Made by a program: the position numbers and the translations under genes
Sequence record: MW250786
DNA length: 64,000 nucleotides
Reading direction: 5' to 3' (one strand)
From: Escherichia phage UPEC06
Notes under the pieces: model-generated
The model's input: the letters and a program-made list of their open reading frames with translations, nothing else
Told to the model about the DNA's origin: nothing
Database searches by the model: none
Shown here: one piece after another, positions 27,822 to 38,508 of the stretch
Position numbering within the stretch: position 1 is the stretch's first letter
How the letters are laid out: each line of letters starts with the position of its first letter

Positions 27822-28919
27822 TTAAAGTTCGAAATCGAAGTCAGATGCACTTACTGAAGAGTCAACCTGACCAGACAGATATTGACCATTTTCTAGTTCC
27901 TGTGGAGTCACCTGGACGTTTTTAGTATTCAGGTGGCTATTGATCCAAGGGATCGGGTTCTTCAGTGGCTTACCGATGAAACTATCTAAACCCACTGCTC
28001 GCATACGTTGGTCAGCCATATAATCTACGTATTGCCACAGGATCTCTTTATTCAGTCCAACCATCGAACCATCTTTGAACAGGTATTCTGCCCAATCACG
28101 TTCTTGCTGTCGTGCCTGTAAGAACAACTCACGGGCTTCATCTTTACAATCTTCTGCGACTCGTGCAATAAGGTCACCTTCACGACCACTCTGCATTTCG
28201 TTCAGAATATACTGAGTACCCGACAAATGCAATGCTTCATCACGAGCGATCAGTTCGATAATGTTGGTGTTGCCAGTCATGATACTACGCTCACCAAATG
28301 CAAACGAACATGCAAAACTCACATAGAAGCGGATTGCTTCCAAAGCATTAATACTGTGCATACACAGATACAGTGCTCGTGCATGTGCATAACGATCGAC
28401 TGGCAAGTTCAAAGCGTAACGACTGTTCAACTGGAATAAATCGTCATACAGCTTTGTAACTGCATCTGCACGTTCCAGAATTTCTGGAGTTTTCATGATC
28501 TCATCAAGAATTGCAGAAGGATCACTAAATACATTTCGAATAATGTGTGTATATGAACGGCTGTGGATTGTTTCACTGAAACCCCAAGTCTCAATCCAAG
28601 TTTCCAAAGCTGGGTCAGAAACAATTGGAAGTAATACTGCATTCGGGCCACGCCCTTGAACTGAATCAAGCAATGTTTGATACTTAAGGTTACTAATGAA
28701 AATATGTTTTTCATGATCAGGTAATCCCATAAAGTCAATTCGGTCACGGGTCACATCGATTTCTTCCGGTCGCCAGAAGAATGCCAACTGCTTTTCTGTC
28801 AGCTTTTCAAATTTGTTGTGTTTTTGCTTGTCATAACGAGAAACGTTAACAGACTCGCCAAAGAACATCGGTTGTTCCATAAAATCAAACTGGTTTTTGT
28901 TAAAAGTTGTGTAACTCAC
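27822..28919 (-). CDS. nrdB: ribonucleotide reductase class Ia small subunit
   Basis: 365 aa; ferritin-like E/H-rich pattern; adjacent to nrdA. Confidence 0.8.
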   Translation of the reverse strand: MSYTTFNKNQFDFMEQPMFFGESVNVSRYDKQKHNKFEKLTEKQLAFFWRPEEIDVTRDRIDFMGLPDHEKHIFISNLKYQTLLDSVQGRGPNAVLLPIVSDPALETWIETWGFSETIHSRSYTHIIRNVFSDPSAILDEIMKTPEILERADAVTKLYDDLFQLNSRYALNLPVDRYAHARALYLCMHSINALEAIRFYVSFACSFAFGERSIMTGNTNIIELIARDEALHLSGTQYILNEMQSGREGDLIARVAEDCKDEARELFLQARQQERDWAEYLFKDGSMVGLNKEILWQYVDYMADQRMRAVGLDSFIGKPLKNPIPWINSHLNTKNVQVTPQELENGQYLSGQVDSSVSASDFDFEL

Positions 28920-28974
28920 TTATTATCTCCTCTTCGCTAATCTGAAAACCATTATACCTAAACTTACCAGGAAA

Positions 28975-29316
28975 TCAATAGTTATTTCTTAAAATTTCAA
29001 TCCCATATCGCTTAAAGACTTCCTTTGCTGCCATAAACTTTTGTGCGGCACTCGGATTTGAAGTGTGAACAAACAGAACAGCAGGATACAGGATCGGTTT
29101 GCCAAACACAAGCTTTTCTTCTAACATTTCTAAGCAGCGGTAACCTTCTTTTGAATCTTCACCGAGGTCATTGTCGAAATGCCATTCTGTTACCCGACGA
29201 TACATTTTATTAGGGTCCTCAAGGAACTCGATAAACTGGTCAGAATTTTTAAACCAGGTGGCATCATCATGCCCGTAATCTTTCGGATCTCTCAAATCAT
29301 CAAGCCAAATCTTCAT
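28975..29316 (-). CDS. hypothetical protein
   Basis: 113-aa ORF. Confidence 0.5.
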   Translation of the reverse strand: MKIWLDDLRDPKDYGHDDATWFKNSDQFIEFLEDPNKMYRRVTEWHFDNDLGEDSKEGYRCLEMLEEKLVFGKPILYPAVLFVHTSNPSAAQKFMAAKEVFKRYGIEILRNNY

Positions 29317-29373
29317 CTTTTCCTCCTGTCTCGTTTATGTGGTTTATTATACGGATTACGTTATCAAAGTCAA

Positions 29374-29400
29374 TAAAAAACCGCCCCGAAGGGCGGTTAA
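29374..29400 (-). terminator. Intrinsic terminator (aaccgccc-cgaa-gggcggtt plus U-run); identical hairpin at 35432 and 42891
   Basis: Perfect 8-bp stem, tetraloop, A-run on the plus strand. Confidence 0.7.
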
Positions 29401-29402
29401 TT

Positions 29403-29591
29403 TCAATTGTACTTGTTGAGAATCTTAAACATATCTTTTGCAATATATTTATTGTCTCGACAACCAGCAAGATTGTTACGAAGTGCAGCCATATAGATCT
29501 CTGTGCCACAACCTGGATATTTCGTTCCGAATCTTTTTGCCTGCCTTTTAAATGTCCAACGATCAATAAAGAACCACGAGATAAACTTCAT
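29403..29591 (-). CDS. small basic protein (62 aa)
   Basis: ATG at 29591 with an AGGAGG RBS. Confidence 0.45.
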   Translation of the reverse strand: MKFISWFFIDRWTFKRQAKRFGTKYPGCGTEIYMAALRNNLAGCRDNKYIAKDMFKILNKYN

Positions 29592-29603
29592 ATTCCTCCT
29601 CAG

Positions 29604-29623
29604 AACCACCCCAAAGGGTGGTT
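29604..29623 (-). promoter_or_regulatory. Intergenic hairpin (aaccaccc-caaa-gggtggtt) between the nrdA stop and the next RBS
   Basis: Perfect 8-bp inverted repeat read directly; no U-run, so not a clear terminator. Confidence 0.4.
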
Positions 29624-29631
29624 ATTCATTG

Positions 29632-31890
29632 TCACAATTTACAAGCGCCTGATTCGCAACCATCATCCTCTTCATCTTCACCATCGCGAGTTTCTTGATA
29701 GTAAACAGTTTTCAAGCCAATCTTGTAAGCATACATCAGGTCACGCAGTACAATCTTAATTGGCAGTTTGCCACCTGGATAATCCCAAGGTTTGTAGAAG
29801 GTATTTGTCGAGATCGACTGGTCAATAAACTTCTGGATGATAGCCATCAGGTTAAGATAAGCTGTCGGTCCGTTCATATCCCATTTGTACTCGTACACCA
29901 CACCTTCCTCACCAACACCAGGAACCAGCGTCGGAAGCATACCCGCAGGTGACTTCTTAAACGTCACTGGACCACGAGGAGGTTCAATGCCGTTGGTAGA
30001 GTTAGTAATCTGGCTTGATGTTTCACAAGGCATCATTGTGGACAACGTTGAGTTACGTAATCCGTGCAATGCGATATCCAGACGCAAACTTTCCCAATCT
30101 TGTTGCAATTCTGCGGTATGCAACTGATCAACTTCTTTCTTGTAGCGATCGATAGGTAAGATGCCACGAGAATAAGATGTTTGATCGTACCACTCACAAG
30201 AACCACGCTCTTTCGCTAACTGAACAGAAGCTTTCAGCAGGTAGAACTGGAATGCTTCCGCAAGTTTATGAACTTCATTAGCAGCTTCCGGTGAACTATA
30301 TTTAAGTCCACGTTTAGCTAAGTAATACGCCAAGTTAGTCCAGCCAATACCCAAGGTACGACGCAGTAACGTTTTCTCTGCTGCAAGAACAGGGTAGTTC
30401 TGATAATCAAGCAGGTTATCAAGAGCACGTACCGTGATCATAACAGGTTCTTCTAAATCTTCAAGCTTCTCAATCTTCCCGAGGTTGATTGCTGATAAAG
30501 TACACAGTGCAACTTCACCAGAATCTTTCGGGTCCTTAATGTTATTGATCGGAGCCGTAGGTAATGCAATTTCCATACACAGGTTAGACTGCTTAATCGG
30601 AGCCACTTCAGGAAGGAACGGACTGTTGCTGTTGCAATGGTCAACGTTCTGAATATAAATACGACCTGTCTGGCTACGTTCTTGAGCTAAACGAGTGAAA
30701 GCATCAGTCGCTTCAAGCTCTTTGCGAGGAATGGAAGGGTCTGCTTCCAATTTCTCATACAGTTCTGCAAATGCTTCTTGATCCGAGAAGAAGTATTTAT
30801 ACAGATCACCGTTTGCTACGTTTGGATGGAAGAAACTGATCTTGCCACCTTTCTGTAAGCGAGTATAGAAGAACTTATTGATCTGAACACCATAATCAAC
30901 ATGTCGTGCACGGGTGCTTTCAGTACCACGGTTGTTCTTCATTACGATCAGGTTTTCAAAGTCCCAGTGCCAAATCGGGTAAAAGTAGTTAGCTGAAGCT
31001 TTACGCAGACCACCTTGAGATGCCCAACCTAAAGATTCTTGATACATTCGAACAATGCCAACCGTACCTGCATGTTTAACTTCCCCGCCGCGAATAGGAG
31101 CGTCCTGTCCACGAATAGCACCAAAGTTCAAACCGATACCTGCTCGCTGTGCTGCATACTTACCTTGTGCTTCAACTGCTGCAAAGATCTGGTTAATATC
31201 ATCACCGGACTCAATCAGTACACAAGAACTGAATTGTCGAGTCGGAGTTCGTACACCACCCATAATCGGAGTAGGCAGAGAAACCTTCATGGTAGAAACC
31301 ATATTGTACAGATCAATCACTTTTTGTAGACGCTTCTTAGGATCTTCTTTACTCATCAAGCACATTGCGATCAGCATCAGTGCTGTCTGAGGAGATTCAA
31401 AGATTTCACCTGTTACACGATCCTTGACTAGATATTTATCTTCGTACTGACGCATAGCTGCGTAAGTGTAATCAAAATCACGGTCATGATCGATAACTGT
31501 ATCTAAAAATTCAATCTCTTCTTTCGTGTAATCTGAAATAAGATGTTCATCGTATTTACCGCGAGCTACAGTCATAAGAATGTGAGCGTACAGTGGACGA
31601 GGTTCAAAACCACCATAAGCCTGCTTACGCAGTTTAAACAGAAGCAGACGTGCTGCTGGATACTGATAGTTTGGACTTTCTACACTAATTAGGTCCGCTG
31701 CGGACTTGATCAGGGTATCGTGAATCGCGTCGGTTTCTACACCATCATACATCTGAATCTGAGATTTCATCAGGATATCAGAAGGACTTACATCATTAAC
31801 CCCTTCACAAGACCAAACTACAACACGGTTGATCTTCTCAGCTTCGAATTTCTCTACAGAACCATTACGCTTACGAACAGTAATACCCAA
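29632..31890 (-). CDS. nrdA: ribonucleotide reductase class Ia large subunit
   Basis: 752 aa; N-terminal ATP-cone; active-site SNLCMEI; C-terminal Cys pair. Confidence 0.9.
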   Translation of the reverse strand: MGITVRKRNGSVEKFEAEKINRVVVWSCEGVNDVSPSDILMKSQIQMYDGVETDAIHDTLIKSAADLISVESPNYQYPAARLLLFKLRKQAYGGFEPRPLYAHILMTVARGKYDEHLISDYTKEEIEFLDTVIDHDRDFDYTYAAMRQYEDKYLVKDRVTGEIFESPQTALMLIAMCLMSKEDPKKRLQKVIDLYNMVSTMKVSLPTPIMGGVRTPTRQFSSCVLIESGDDINQIFAAVEAQGKYAAQRAGIGLNFGAIRGQDAPIRGGEVKHAGTVGIVRMYQESLGWASQGGLRKASANYFYPIWHWDFENLIVMKNNRGTESTRARHVDYGVQINKFFYTRLQKGGKISFFHPNVANGDLYKYFFSDQEAFAELYEKLEADPSIPRKELEATDAFTRLAQERSQTGRIYIQNVDHCNSNSPFLPEVAPIKQSNLCMEIALPTAPINNIKDPKDSGEVALCTLSAINLGKIEKLEDLEEPVMITVRALDNLLDYQNYPVLAAEKTLLRRTLGIGWTNLAYYLAKRGLKYSSPEAANEVHKLAEAFQFYLLKASVQLAKERGSCEWYDQTSYSRGILPIDRYKKEVDQLHTAELQQDWESLRLDIALHGLRNSTLSTMMPCETSSQITNSTNGIEPPRGPVTFKKSPAGMLPTLVPGVGEEGVVYEYKWDMNGPTAYLNLMAIIQKFIDQSISTNTFYKPWDYPGGKLPIKIVLRDLMYAYKIGLKTVYYQETRDGEDEEDDGCESGACKL

Positions 31891-31901
31891 TTTATTTCTC
31901 C

Positions 31902-32150
31902 TTATTTAGTTTCAGTTTTAGTTGCAGACTTGTTGATCAGGGTATCATATTTATCGACATTTTCAAGTGTCGGTTCACCTAATCGAACAGTCAATCCAGA
32001 ATACTGATCGTGGTAAGTATCGTCATAACCAAACGAATCATCAACCAGATCATTAAACTGCAACCAACCTAAGTATTCATGCTTACTTGCAAAACCACGC
32101 TGGAACCATTTAGTTTGCTCAACCGGAACTGTCAATTTAGCTTTACCCAT
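31902..32150 (-). CDS. hypothetical protein
   Basis: 82-aa ORF. Confidence 0.45.
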   Translation of the reverse strand: MGKAKLTVPVEQTKWFQRGFASKHEYLGWLQFNDLVDDSFGYDDTYHDQYSGLTVRLGEPTLENVDKYDTLINKSATKTETK

Positions 32151-32164
32151 AATATTTCTCCTTA

Positions 32165-32659
32165 TTATTTAATCAGTGCCTCAGAAAACTCAGGAAGATC
32201 CATAACGATTGTTTCGGAACGATCTTCTTTTCGTGTGTATTTACGGGTATTCACTTTTTCAACAACCGGAATATCAAAATCCAAAGAATTAACAAAAGCC
32301 GTCGCTTTAGAACTACTAACATCTAGGATATCCATCTTTTCGTAGATATCTACAAGTGGGAATTCTGATTTGTCACGTAGACGTCCAGAAAACACTGTTG
32401 TTTCACGACAAAGGTACGGCTTATCGATACAACGTACATTCACTCGGTTAATTCGGTCAATCTGGCAAGGTTTGTACTCACCTGTCTCTTCATTCAGGAT
32501 GGAGACTTGGAAACCGATCAGGTGAAGAACTTTACGAAGAGTCTTGTCATCCTTCGGGTCGAAGTTCATGATTTTTGCACATTCCAAAATGAAATCCAGA
32601 GTTACTGCACCGTATTTAACTTCTTTCTTAAAACCCATTTTAATCTCCTCGTACAACAT
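32165..32659 (-). CDS. hypothetical protein
   Basis: 164-aa ORF. Confidence 0.5.
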   Translation of the reverse strand: MLYEEIKMGFKKEVKYGAVTLDFILECAKIMNFDPKDDKTLRKVLHLIGFQVSILNEETGEYKPCQIDRINRVNVRCIDKPYLCRETTVFSGRLRDKSEFPLVDIYEKMDILDVSSSKATAFVNSLDFDIPVVEKVNTRKYTRKEDRSETIVMDLPEFSEALIK

Positions 32660-32726
32660 TTTAAAAAGAGGGGCAATATGCCCCAGCGCCGATAATAATA
32701 TAAAATTAACTAACCAATGTCAACAC

Positions 32727-33758
32727 TTATTTTGCAACATGACCAGGAATTAACTGGCGATGTTGAACAAACCCTTTCAGGTTTCCACTCCAGAAGTTAC
32801 CGTCACGATCTACGTGAGTAATACCTTCCTGCCAGGTACTGAATTGAGTTGGGTGGTTAATTGACCACAAGACTTCACCATACTCATTGGTGTGGTGGTA
32901 CTCTTGTTCAATCTCCTTCGCCTGATGCTCGAATGGAGAAGCGTGGACCTTTTTACCGGATACAAGTTTGGCATAAATATCCAAAGCTTTATCTTTTGTA
33001 TTGTTAAGACGACGATAACTTACCTGCCCACAACAAGAGGAAGAGATAGACAAAGCCTCTTCTTCAGATAGCATAATGTGATTTCCATCTTCATCCTGTA
33101 CACAATACCCTGCGAAAATATGTCCATCACCCAAAGGTCCAGAATCGAAGCAATGATCTACGTAAGGCGTATGCCACACCCCAGGCTGCAACAATTCTGG
33201 AGTAGAAGCTTTATAAGCTTCGTGCATTTTCTTAGCCAATACTTCGATCGTTGGGTCTGCATCTGCATCAACACGTAACCAGAAGAAGTTTTCAAATTCT
33301 GTTGCTGTAACGATAGTCTTCATCATCTGGAACGGCTCGATCAATCGGTTAGCAATCTGCTTATGGAACCCCGCTGCCTCGAAACGTTCTGCCCACTCGC
33401 AGGCATTTTCCGCAGCCTTGGCCCAAGCTTCTCGTCCGGTACAGTACAGTTCATGACACACGCCACTTGTATCTTCCACCCAATCATACCATACTTTACC
33501 ATCATGTTCTGTTCCTTTATCCTGCATACCAGGTTGGTTAGCACCAAATCGAACAGGCATTGCCATATTTTCACGGATCAGTTTAACCATTGTCTTGATC
33601 GGCACTGCACGAGAAGACATTGCATTTCGGCTAAACAGTCGGTGCGTCATAAGTTCTGAATGAATGAATCGAGGATAGGTCAATTCAAACGTGGTGATAC
33701 GAGCTTTACTACGGTAGCCAACAGAATCTGCAATAATACGGGCTTCAATCATGGACAT
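32727..33758 (-). CDS. thyX: flavin-dependent thymidylate synthase (ThyX-like)
   Basis: THRLFSRNAMSSRAV resembles the ThyX RHR...S signature; nucleotide-metabolism context. Confidence 0.6.
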   Translation of the reverse strand: MSMIEARIIADSVGYRSKARITTFELTYPRFIHSELMTHRLFSRNAMSSRAVPIKTMVKLIRENMAMPVRFGANQPGMQDKGTEHDGKVWYDWVEDTSGVCHELYCTGREAWAKAAENACEWAERFEAAGFHKQIANRLIEPFQMMKTIVTATEFENFFWLRVDADADPTIEVLAKKMHEAYKASTPELLQPGVWHTPYVDHCFDSGPLGDGHIFAGYCVQDEDGNHIMLSEEEALSISSSCCGQVSYRRLNNTKDKALDIYAKLVSGKKVHASPFEHQAKEIEQEYHHTNEYGEVLWSINHPTQFSTWQEGITHVDRDGNFWSGNLKGFVQHRQLIPGHVAK

Positions 33759-33774
33759 TCAAATCTCCTCTCTA

Positions 33775-33981
33775 TTAATTTAAATCTTCAACAAATTGTG
33801 GCAAGTAATCTTCAATTGGGCTAATCAAATCATTTTCTCTTACAATTTCCAAGTTAGCAAGTCTTTTCTTTGCCAAGTAAGAAATAAATTCCTTAGTATC
33901 TACCCTGTGTCCTTCTAGTGCCAACTTACCGTCAATATAAACACCTTCCCAATCTTCACCTTCGAAAAATACTATTTTCAT
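33775..33981 (-). CDS. hypothetical protein
   Basis: 68-aa ORF. Confidence 0.4.
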   Translation of the reverse strand: MKIVFFEGEDWEGVYIDGKLALEGHRVDTKEFISYLAKKRLANLEIVRENDLISPIEDYLPQFVEDLN

Positions 33982-34163
33982 TTTATTTTCCTGATTTTGT
34001 AATCAACACGAACATCATACATAACGTGAAGATACATGTCAAACATTTCTTTGCACATATCGCTTTTTACTTTGAAGGAAGCCAAAAGGCTTCCATTTTC
34101 TTTAGAAAGGATCTCTACATAATCCCCTTCCCTAACTACCCACCTTCCTTTACCACATCTCAA
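33978..34163 (-). CDS. hypothetical protein
   Basis: 61-aa ORF. Confidence 0.4.
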   Translation of the reverse strand: MRCGKGRWVVREGDYVEILSKENGSLLASFKVKSDMCKEMFDMYLHVMYDVRVDYKIRKIK

Positions 34164-34765
34164 GATTCTCTCTCCAAAATAAATTCAGCAATCGATGCCC
34201 AATCGCTAGTTACCAAGTCGTAACATCCGATCTCTTCTTCATCTTGACTGAAGGGCGTATCATACTTGATTTTTACTACCTTGTCACTAAATTGATTCAA
34301 AAATTTATTACGATCATCAATGATGTAATCACCCGAAACTCCAGCCTTGTACTTTGTAGCATAAAAACCACACCCGTCTGTTCCATTTTCAAGGTCCAGG
34401 TTAGGGAAGTGTCGCTTCAAGAAACGAACCTTACTGCTAAAATGACCTTTCTTGCAATAAGAAACAAACCGAATAGGGAATCCTGCGGCATGTAACTTGT
34501 TGATTGCATCTACCGCTCCCGCAATAGGGAACATCTTATCATACAAGAAAGGATCTTCCCAATAATCATAAGGAGGGATAGCCTTCTTACAGCGATCAGG
34601 GAAGTACCGAGAAAGATTGTAATCAAAATACCCATTCTCGCTAATGTCCTTGTCCATAAGGTCAGAATCAGCCTCCATATTATAGATGCTTTCCATCCAG
34701 TGCAACCAAGGCCATCCAGAATCAACGATAGTTAAGTCAACATCCACAATGATCGCTTTTTTCAT
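34160..34765 (-). CDS. HAD-superfamily phosphatase, putative 5'(3')-deoxyribonucleotidase
   Basis: N-terminal IVDVDLT (DxDxT) motif. Confidence 0.55.
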   Translation of the reverse strand: MKKAIIVDVDLTIVDSGWPWLHWMESIYNMEADSDLMDKDISENGYFDYNLSRYFPDRCKKAIPPYDYWEDPFLYDKMFPIAGAVDAINKLHAAGFPIRFVSYCKKGHFSSKVRFLKRHFPNLDLENGTDGCGFYATKYKAGVSGDYIIDDRNKFLNQFSDKVVKIKYDTPFSQDEEEIGCYDLVTSDWASIAEFILERES

Positions 34766-35404
34766 TTACTCTTTCCCCTCTGAGAGTTTGATAATTAATT
34801 TTGCAGTTTCAGTTAGCTTACCATTAACGTTTTCAACGTCGAAATCTCTAGGTCGTGCACTTTCAGGAAAATTCTCAGAGTAAATATAATTACGAGAATC
34901 GCCTTCAAAAGTTAATTTATTACCAGTTCGTGGATCGGTACGGTGAAGACGGATCAATGTGTAATCTCCATTTACCGCCTTCACTACCGGAACGCTTTCA
35001 TGAACAAATCCACCATCAGAGCTAATAAACGTACAGGTATAACCATTCATTTCCATACTTTTCGCAATATCTTTGACACGCTTGGCAAGAGCAACACCAA
35101 AGTATTCTTCTCCGAAGAGAGGCTTCGCAACATTCTCAGAGATATGGATCAGCCAGTTACGTGGAGACACTTGTTTACCTGCAACATTGAAATATGGTTG
35201 AGGCACTTCTTTATAATCACGGTGGTAAAGTGCATCCCACAGTTCACGATTAATACCTGCAATACGAATAGCTAGATCGATAAGGGAACCTTTAAACTCA
35301 ACATGAATACCTACGTTATTATCTACCGTAACTAACTCTGCAATCTCTTTAGCAAGAGCATCTTTACCAGAAAAAGCAGGACCATTCAAATTGATAAATT
35401 TCAT
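34766..35404 (-). CDS. P-loop kinase, putative deoxynucleoside monophosphate kinase
   Basis: N-terminal GPAFSGKD Walker A; size and context resemble phage dNMP kinases. Confidence 0.5.
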   Translation of the reverse strand: MKFINLNGPAFSGKDALAKEIAELVTVDNNVGIHVEFKGSLIDLAIRIAGINRELWDALYHRDYKEVPQPYFNVAGKQVSPRNWLIHISENVAKPLFGEEYFGVALAKRVKDIAKSMEMNGYTCTFISSDGGFVHESVPVVKAVNGDYTLIRLHRTDPRTGNKLTFEGDSRNYIYSENFPESARPRDFDVENVNGKLTETAKLIIKLSEGKE

Positions 35405-35426
35405 ATTAATCTCCTCTCAGTTTCAC

Positions 35427-35453
35427 AATAAAAAACCGCCCCGAAGGGCGGTT
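35427..35453 (-). terminator. Intrinsic terminator (aaccgccc-cgaa-gggcggtt plus U-run)
   Basis: Identical to the 29379 and 42891 hairpins; A-run on the plus strand. Confidence 0.7.
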
Positions 35454-35462
35454 AAATCAAAA

Positions 35463-36557
35463 TTACAGAATGTTTGCCAGCGTTTTCTTCATCGCTGCCT
35501 TCTCGCGAACATTCTGACGATCTCGTGCACAAGAACCACATTCCTGGCAACGATAAACCTTGAACTTAGACAAGAACGTTACTGCTTTTTTACCTTCTTC
35601 AACAACCAGGTCGTCACTACCACAACGAACACAACGCATAGTTGATTGATCTTTGTGGAACAATGCAACGTTTGGATGTTTACGCATGAAAGGTCGTACA
35701 GTCAGGTACAGTTCTTCCAGCGTTGGGATATCACCAATGTTATATTCTTCCATCTCATCAAATGCTGTCGGATCACCTTCAACACAACGTCGCCACAGAC
35801 TGAAACCTTCATGCGACAGCTTACGACTATCAAGTTCAAAATAGTTACATGCTGCTTCAAGTGCATTTGAAGGAAGAGAGAAAGCTTCTTTCAGCGCAGC
35901 CAATGTATCGATCGTAATGTAAGGACTTGGTGGTTGCATACCGTAGTATGCGAAACGCTGGTTTGCCCAACCACGGTCAAAGCGAGCATTATGTGCGATG
36001 AAGATATCACATTCATCCAGAACTTTCCACAGGTCTTCGATCAACTTACGATCTGACTGGTGATCTCGTGCAAACTCTTCTGGATAATCCGTCAGCTTAC
36101 GGCTGAAGATCGACGGGTTGTGCAACCACTTACCAGCAAATGTCAGCATGTACGGTTCCATAATTACCTGCTTCGGTGCAATGAACTGTTTAAATCGTCC
36201 AAACGAATATGCAACAGAAGGAGATGTTTCAACGTCACCAAGGAAAACTTTAGCACCTGGGTTCTGCTCTTTGATCTTTTCAATAAAATCTTTTTCAATC
36301 TTAGCAACAGGTTCACCACTCGACTCTTTCTGCTGCATATATTCTGCATAGTTTTCGTAATCTTCATACGCCGGAGTCATTTCAAGGAGTTCTTTAACAC
36401 TTGAAACATCATTCTTTTCAATTTCACGACGGATCATATTACGAACCGTGGATTCCTGAGACTCTTTACCCAATTGGCGAGCTACTTCGCGCTGAGACAT
36501 ACCGTGTTTCATCAGTTGCAGAACTTGTTCAACAGTAAAAGTTACTTTATTAGTCAC
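35463..36557 (-). CDS. DnaQ-like (DEDDh) 3'-5' exonuclease with an N-terminal HTH and C-terminal Zn-ribbon
   Basis: FLGDVETS (Exo I), IAHNARFD (Exo III), CVRCGSDD..CQECGSC. Confidence 0.55.
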   Translation of the reverse strand: MTNKVTFTVEQVLQLMKHGMSQREVARQLGKESQESTVRNMIRREIEKNDVSSVKELLEMTPAYEDYENYAEYMQQKESSGEPVAKIEKDFIEKIKEQNPGAKVFLGDVETSPSVAYSFGRFKQFIAPKQVIMEPYMLTFAGKWLHNPSIFSRKLTDYPEEFARDHQSDRKLIEDLWKVLDECDIFIAHNARFDRGWANQRFAYYGMQPPSPYITIDTLAALKEAFSLPSNALEAACNYFELDSRKLSHEGFSLWRRCVEGDPTAFDEMEEYNIGDIPTLEELYLTVRPFMRKHPNVALFHKDQSTMRCVRCGSDDLVVEEGKKAVTFLSKFKVYRCQECGSCARDRQNVREKAAMKKTLANIL

Positions 36558-36567
36558 TAAAAACTCC

Positions 36568-36813
36568 TTATTTAAAAAATTCGATTACATCGGCAACAGC
36601 AAAGTCACGGATATCTTGTTTATCTACATCATACGCTTTCATAAACCACTGTTCGCCACGATGATACGGCGATTCACCATACCACATTACTGGCGTACCA
36701 GTTACAGTACGATAACCACACTCACCTTTCCAATTGCGGTAATAAAACCGCAAGGTTGGTAAACCGTATGTGTTATGGTCAACTTCTTGACTCATACAAA
36801 TAACCCTCCTCAA
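36568..36813 (-). CDS. hypothetical protein
   Basis: 81-aa ORF. Confidence 0.45.
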   Translation of the reverse strand: MRRVICMSQEVDHNTYGLPTLRFYYRNWKGECGYRTVTGTPVMWYGESPYHRGEQWFMKAYDVDKQDIRDFAVADVIEFFK

Positions 36814-37357
36814 GTTTATCGATAAACGCTTTCACATAAAGAGTTATCATCTCTCCTTTATCCAAACCCTCATCGATAACTACATTGTACCTCAATAAAG
36901 CGTTCATTGCAATTGTTTCTTTCTTTAATCTCTTCAAATATTTTTTCAGGTCAGCAACAATCTCACCATGAAACTTTCTTGAAGAGTAATCCCTTTCGAG
37001 ATAGTCAGCCATTCTACGTAGAACTTCACTCATTGTCAAGTCTGTTTTATCTTCCATGTGTTTAGACCAAAGTTTTTGTACACCGCCTTCGAAAAGGTTC
37101 AGGGTGCTTCCAATAACACCCCTAACCTTTCCATCAAAGTGATCATGGTCTAAACAAGGCTTCTCCATAACTTCACCCAGTATAGCACAAACTCCCTGTT
37201 GGTCAAGCAATATTTCATCACGATATTTTGCTATTTCCTTCGACCCACTCACCCAAAGATCCTTATTCAATTTAACACGGATAGGTGTAGTTGCCTTATC
37301 CTTCGCTGTGAATAGTGGCCTCTTTGACCGCCGCTTCCTCACTCTCGGTACTCGCAT
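36779..37357 (-). CDS. endonuclease VII-like Holliday junction resolvase
   Basis: CLDHDHFDGKVRGVIG matches the T4 Endo VII HLDHDH..GKVRGLLC motif. Confidence 0.6.
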   Translation of the reverse strand: MRVPRVRKRRSKRPLFTAKDKATTPIRVKLNKDLWVSGSKEIAKYRDEILLDQQGVCAILGEVMEKPCLDHDHFDGKVRGVIGSTLNLFEGGVQKLWSKHMEDKTDLTMSEVLRRMADYLERDYSSRKFHGEIVADLKKYLKRLKKETIAMNALLRYNVVIDEGLDKGEMITLYVKAFIDKLEEGYLYESRS

Positions 37358-37964
37358 GTACTCCCTCCAAGGCCAAAGCCATTAAGAACTCACCGTGTGT
37401 AGGTGCAACAGGGTTTTCAAAATACTCTTCCATTCCGAAGCGATAAAGTGACATTGGAAAGTTTATATTACTAAACAGACTGTTGTCAACATTATTTTTA
37501 AACTCTAATGGAACGTTCGAATCAAAATCCTTAAAGAATTCAGATCGACTTGAGTTTATAAAAACCCTTAAAGCATTATCAAAAATCGGATTACCTTTTT
37601 GCTTCGTCAAATAAAGTAATTCTTTCAGTGAAGCTTTATCAGAAACAGATTTGAAAGAATACCCACTGATGATGATCTCGTCAAAACACATACCTCTGAC
37701 TTTTTGCCAAAAAGACCACTGTGCAGAACTGATCGTCTGAATGTGCATGTTCAGCTTAGATCGTTCATTAAACAGGTTTATATCGTAACCACTACGATCT
37801 TTCTGATAAGAACCAAACCCCAAGCTATTTGCAGTGTGCTTCAGTTTAGCAATGAAATCCCCCCTTTCGAGGGTATTCCAACAGATCACTAATTTCTTAC
37901 TCTGGTAAAACTCTTCAGATTCATAGCGTTCAATAACCGTTTCGTTCAAGGTAGCATCTCCCAA
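37296..37964 (-). CDS. hypothetical protein
   Basis: 222-aa ORF. Confidence 0.5.
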   Translation of the reverse strand: MGDATLNETVIERYESEEFYQSKKLVICWNTLERGDFIAKLKHTANSLGFGSYQKDRSGYDINLFNERSKLNMHIQTISSAQWSFWQKVRGMCFDEIIISGYSFKSVSDKASLKELLYLTKQKGNPIFDNALRVFINSSRSEFFKDFDSNVPLEFKNNVDNSLFSNINFPMSLYRFGMEEYFENPVAPTHGEFLMALALEGVHASTESEEAAVKEATIHSEG

Positions 37965-38508
37965 TTAAGTAGGCATCTGCAAGATCTGTAGACCCGCCGT
38001 TCTTACCTGTCTTTGAATATCCAGCTAAAAACCCAGGTTCCATCAACTCGCAAACCTTCATCATTTGATCTTTATCCATTTTAATTTTTTCCATCTTCGT
38101 ACCTTTTGCATTCATCACTTCTTGTTCTTCACCAGGTAACTTACCTCGTGCCCAAGATTTAACGGATGTTGGTGCAATTGTGTGTATGTTGTCCATACTA
38201 TACCCATCTCGAAGCAGTGTCAACTGAATACAGAAAAATAATCCTGCAAGATCCCTTGTCGCATTACCAGCAGAGCCGAAACTCAAAGACTCTAATACGA
38301 TCTTCTCAACCTTAAAAGATTCACAAATATCTGCAATGTGTCTAGAGATGTATGCCATCTGCTCGACAGGGTTGTCAAATCGAATCTGCCAGTCCTTGGC
38401 ATTTGCAGATCCGGTGGTTTTTAATACCTCTTTAAAGATCGGTTCATTACCGTCAAAAACTACACATGCACAAGAAGCCATACTCTGATCGATGGATAAA
38501 ATTTTCAC
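37930..38508 (-). CDS. RuvC-like (RNase H fold) resolvase/nuclease
   Basis: N-terminal ILSIDQSMASCACVVF, ESLSFG, DLADAYLIG. Confidence 0.5.
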   Translation of the reverse strand: MKILSIDQSMASCACVVFDGNEPIFKEVLKTTGSANAKDWQIRFDNPVEQMAYISRHIADICESFKVEKIVLESLSFGSAGNATRDLAGLFFCIQLTLLRDGYSMDNIHTIAPTSVKSWARGKLPGEEQEVMNAKGTKMEKIKMDKDQMMKVCELMEPGFLAGYSKTGKNGGSTDLADAYLIGRCYLERNGY

